Assembly (NCBI GenBank): GCA_003605035.1
Contig: QZKJ01000118.1
Coordinates: 18,304-82,303, forward strand
From: Desulfurivibrio sp.
GTDB lineage: Bacteria > Desulfobacterota > Desulfobulbia > Desulfobulbales > SURF-16
Reading direction: 5' to 3'
Length of the DNA: 64,000 nt
The notes below the pieces were generated by a model, which saw only the letters and a program-made list of their open reading frames with translations, searched no databases and was not told the DNA's origin. Of the stretch, positions 62,620 through 64,000 are shown piece by piece (within the stretch, counting starts at the first letter, position 1; every line of letters begins with the position of its first letter). The translations under genes were made by a program, and so were the position numbers.

Positions 62620-63637
62620 CATATTGGCCGGCGGTGAAGACCTGGTGCTGGCCACCGTTTCGAGCAAGAACGGCTCCGCTCCCCGCATGGCCGGCGCCCG
62701 CATGATCGTCCGGCAGGACGGCCGTATTGCCGGCACCATCGGCGGCGGCAAGGTCGAGGCCGTGGCCATTGCCGAGTCGGTGCAGGCCTTTGCCCATAAA
62801 AACTCCGGCCGGTGCTTTTTTGATCTGACCAACGCCGATGCCGCCGGCACGGACATGATCTGCGGCGGCACCATGGAAATATTCCTGGATTACATTGCCG
62901 CGGGGCCGGCCAATCTGCAGGTGTTCTCGACCCTGCTGACCGCCCTTGACAGCGGCCGCCGGGTCTCCTTTGTCAGCAAACTGAATGACCGGGACGGTGG
63001 CGGTGCCCGCTTTGTCATTGCCGATGGCGGCAAGACAAACTATAGCCAGGCCCCGGAGGCGCTGCTGTCCGCCGTCAAAAAACTCCGCCTCTCCTCCTCG
63101 GCCCCTTCGGTGGTCACCCATGACAACGAGGAGTATCTGGTTTCCTACTTTGCCATCCCCGGCGACCTCTTTCTGCTGGGCGCCGGTCATGTGGCGGCCT
63201 GTACCGCCGAGGCCGCGGCCAGGGTTGGCTTTAAGGTCATCGTCATGGATGACCGGTCCGAATTCGCCAACCGGCAGCGCTTCCCCATGGCGGACGAGGT
63301 GGTGGTGCTTGACTCCTTTGCCGATTGTTTTCAGGGGTATGACATCAGCCACGACAGCTACCTGGTCATCGTCACCAGGGGACACATGCATGACCGGGAC
63401 GTGCTGGAGCAGGCGCTCTCCACCAACGCCGGCTATGTGGGCATGATCGGCAGCCGCAAAAAGCGTGATGCCATTTACACCAATCTGCTGGCCAAGGGCA
63501 CGGCGCCTGAGCAGCTGGGCCGGGTTCATTGTCCCATCGGCCTGGCCATCGAGGCGGACACCCCGGAGGAGATCGCCGTCAGCATCGTCGGTGAACTGAT
63601 CCAGCAGCGCGCCAGGGGGCAGAACCGTGGAAAGTGA
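62591..63637 (+). CDS. xdhC: XdhC/CoxI-family molybdenum-cofactor insertion chaperone
   Basis: 348 aa. N-terminal XdhC_CoxI region (LATVSSKNGSAPRMAGARMIV) and C-terminal Rossmann-like region (LFLLGAGHVA, VTRGHMHD, YVGMIGSRKK). Confidence 0.85.
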   Translation: MKQLIRQLCDILAGGEDLVLATVSSKNGSAPRMAGARMIVRQDGRIAGTIGGGKVEAVAIAESVQAFAHKNSGRCFFDLTNADAAGTDMICGGTMEIFLDYIAAGPANLQVFSTLLTALDSGRRVSFVSKLNDRDGGGARFVIADGGKTNYSQAPEALLSAVKKLRLSSSAPSVVTHDNEEYLVSYFAIPGDLFLLGAGHVAACTAEAAARVGFKVIVMDDRSEFANRQRFPMADEVVVLDSFADCFQGYDISHDSYLVIVTRGHMHDRDVLEQALSTNAGYVGMIGSRKKRDAIYTNLLAKGTAPEQLGRVHCPIGLAIEADTPEEIAVSIVGELIQQRARGQNRGK

Positions 63638-64000
63638 GCTTGCCGCCATCATCCCCGCCGCCGGGCTCTCCTCCAGGATGGGAGAGCTGAAGGCCCTGCT
63701 CCCCCTGGGCCAGACCACTGTGCTGGGCCATCTTATCGATCTCTTCCACCGCTGCGGCATCCGGGATGTTATCGTCGTCACCGGCCACCGGGCCGGGGAA
63801 GTCGGCCAGGCTGCCCTGGCGGCCGGCGCCCGGGTGGTGCACAATGGCGACTATGAACAGGGCATGTTTTCCTCGATCAAAAGCGGCATCCGGGCCCTGG
63901 CGTCGGAAACCAGGGGCTTTTTTCTGCTGCCGGTGGATATCCCGCTGATCCGTCCGGGCACCATCAGGCTGCTGGCCGAGGCCTTCACCTCCTTCCCGCT
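63627..64000 (+). CDS. MobA/MocA-like NTP transferase (probable molybdenum cofactor cytidylyltransferase), 3'-truncated by window end
   Basis: Not in the ORF track. GTG at 63627 opens a frame with no stop up to position 64000. Translation VESELAAIIPAAGLSSRMGELKALLPLG...FFLLPVDIPLI carries the MobA-like N-terminal signature. 11-nt overlap with xdhC. Confidence 0.8.
   Translation, partial: MESELAAIIPAAGLSSRMGELKALLPLGQTTVLGHLIDLFHRCGIRDVIVVTGHRAGEVGQAALAAGARVVHNGDYEQGMFSSIKSGIRALASETRGFFLLPVDIPLIRPGTIRLLAEAFTSFP

Overview
GC-rich chromosomal segment with no rRNA, CRISPR, transposase or integrase. Gene content (D. gigas-type Mop aldehyde oxidoreductase, selenocysteine use, dense sigma54 promoters, GlgE glucan pathway) suggests a Desulfobacterota genome, Desulfobulbales/Desulfovibrionales-like; this is inference only. 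1-19 kb is housekeeping: mlaA'-mlaC, a consensus sigma70 promoter driving yceD-rpmF-plsX-fabH-[acyl-CoA dehydrogenase-etfB-etfA]-fabG-acpP-fabF, then rpiB, glyA, dCMP deaminase, nrdR-ribD-ribE-ribBA-ribH-nusB and ftsK. 19-31 kb holds a PHP phosphatase, an AT-rich orphan gene, a UvrD-like helicase, folC, an HNH nuclease, pfkA, a HesB/IscA-like selenoprotein that the ORF track splits at an in-frame TGA, sucCD, tRNA-Leu(TAA) and a second PFK. 32-44.5 kb is an alpha-glucan locus (malQ, glgB, treS-mak fusion, glgE, glgX) whose intergenic spacers are 8-9 bp tandem-repeat arrays. 45-52 kb carries PolX, a ferredoxin and a sigma54-controlled adh/histidine kinase/NtrC-type regulator/ferritin-like unit sharing a palindromic upstream site. 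53-64 kb is the best candidate for an undescribed system: Mop is followed by eight translationally coupled genes (flavo-FeS/CCG reductase fusion, Zn-ribbon protein, SAM methyltransferase, C_GCAxxG_C_C protein, zinc-ribbon radical SAM, PaaK-like ligase, XdhC, MocA-like NTP transferase). Only XdhC and MocA have an obvious role. Other notable points are a bifurcating-type Bcd/EtfAB module sitting where fabD normally lies in the FAS operon, and G-tract (G4-type) motifs.
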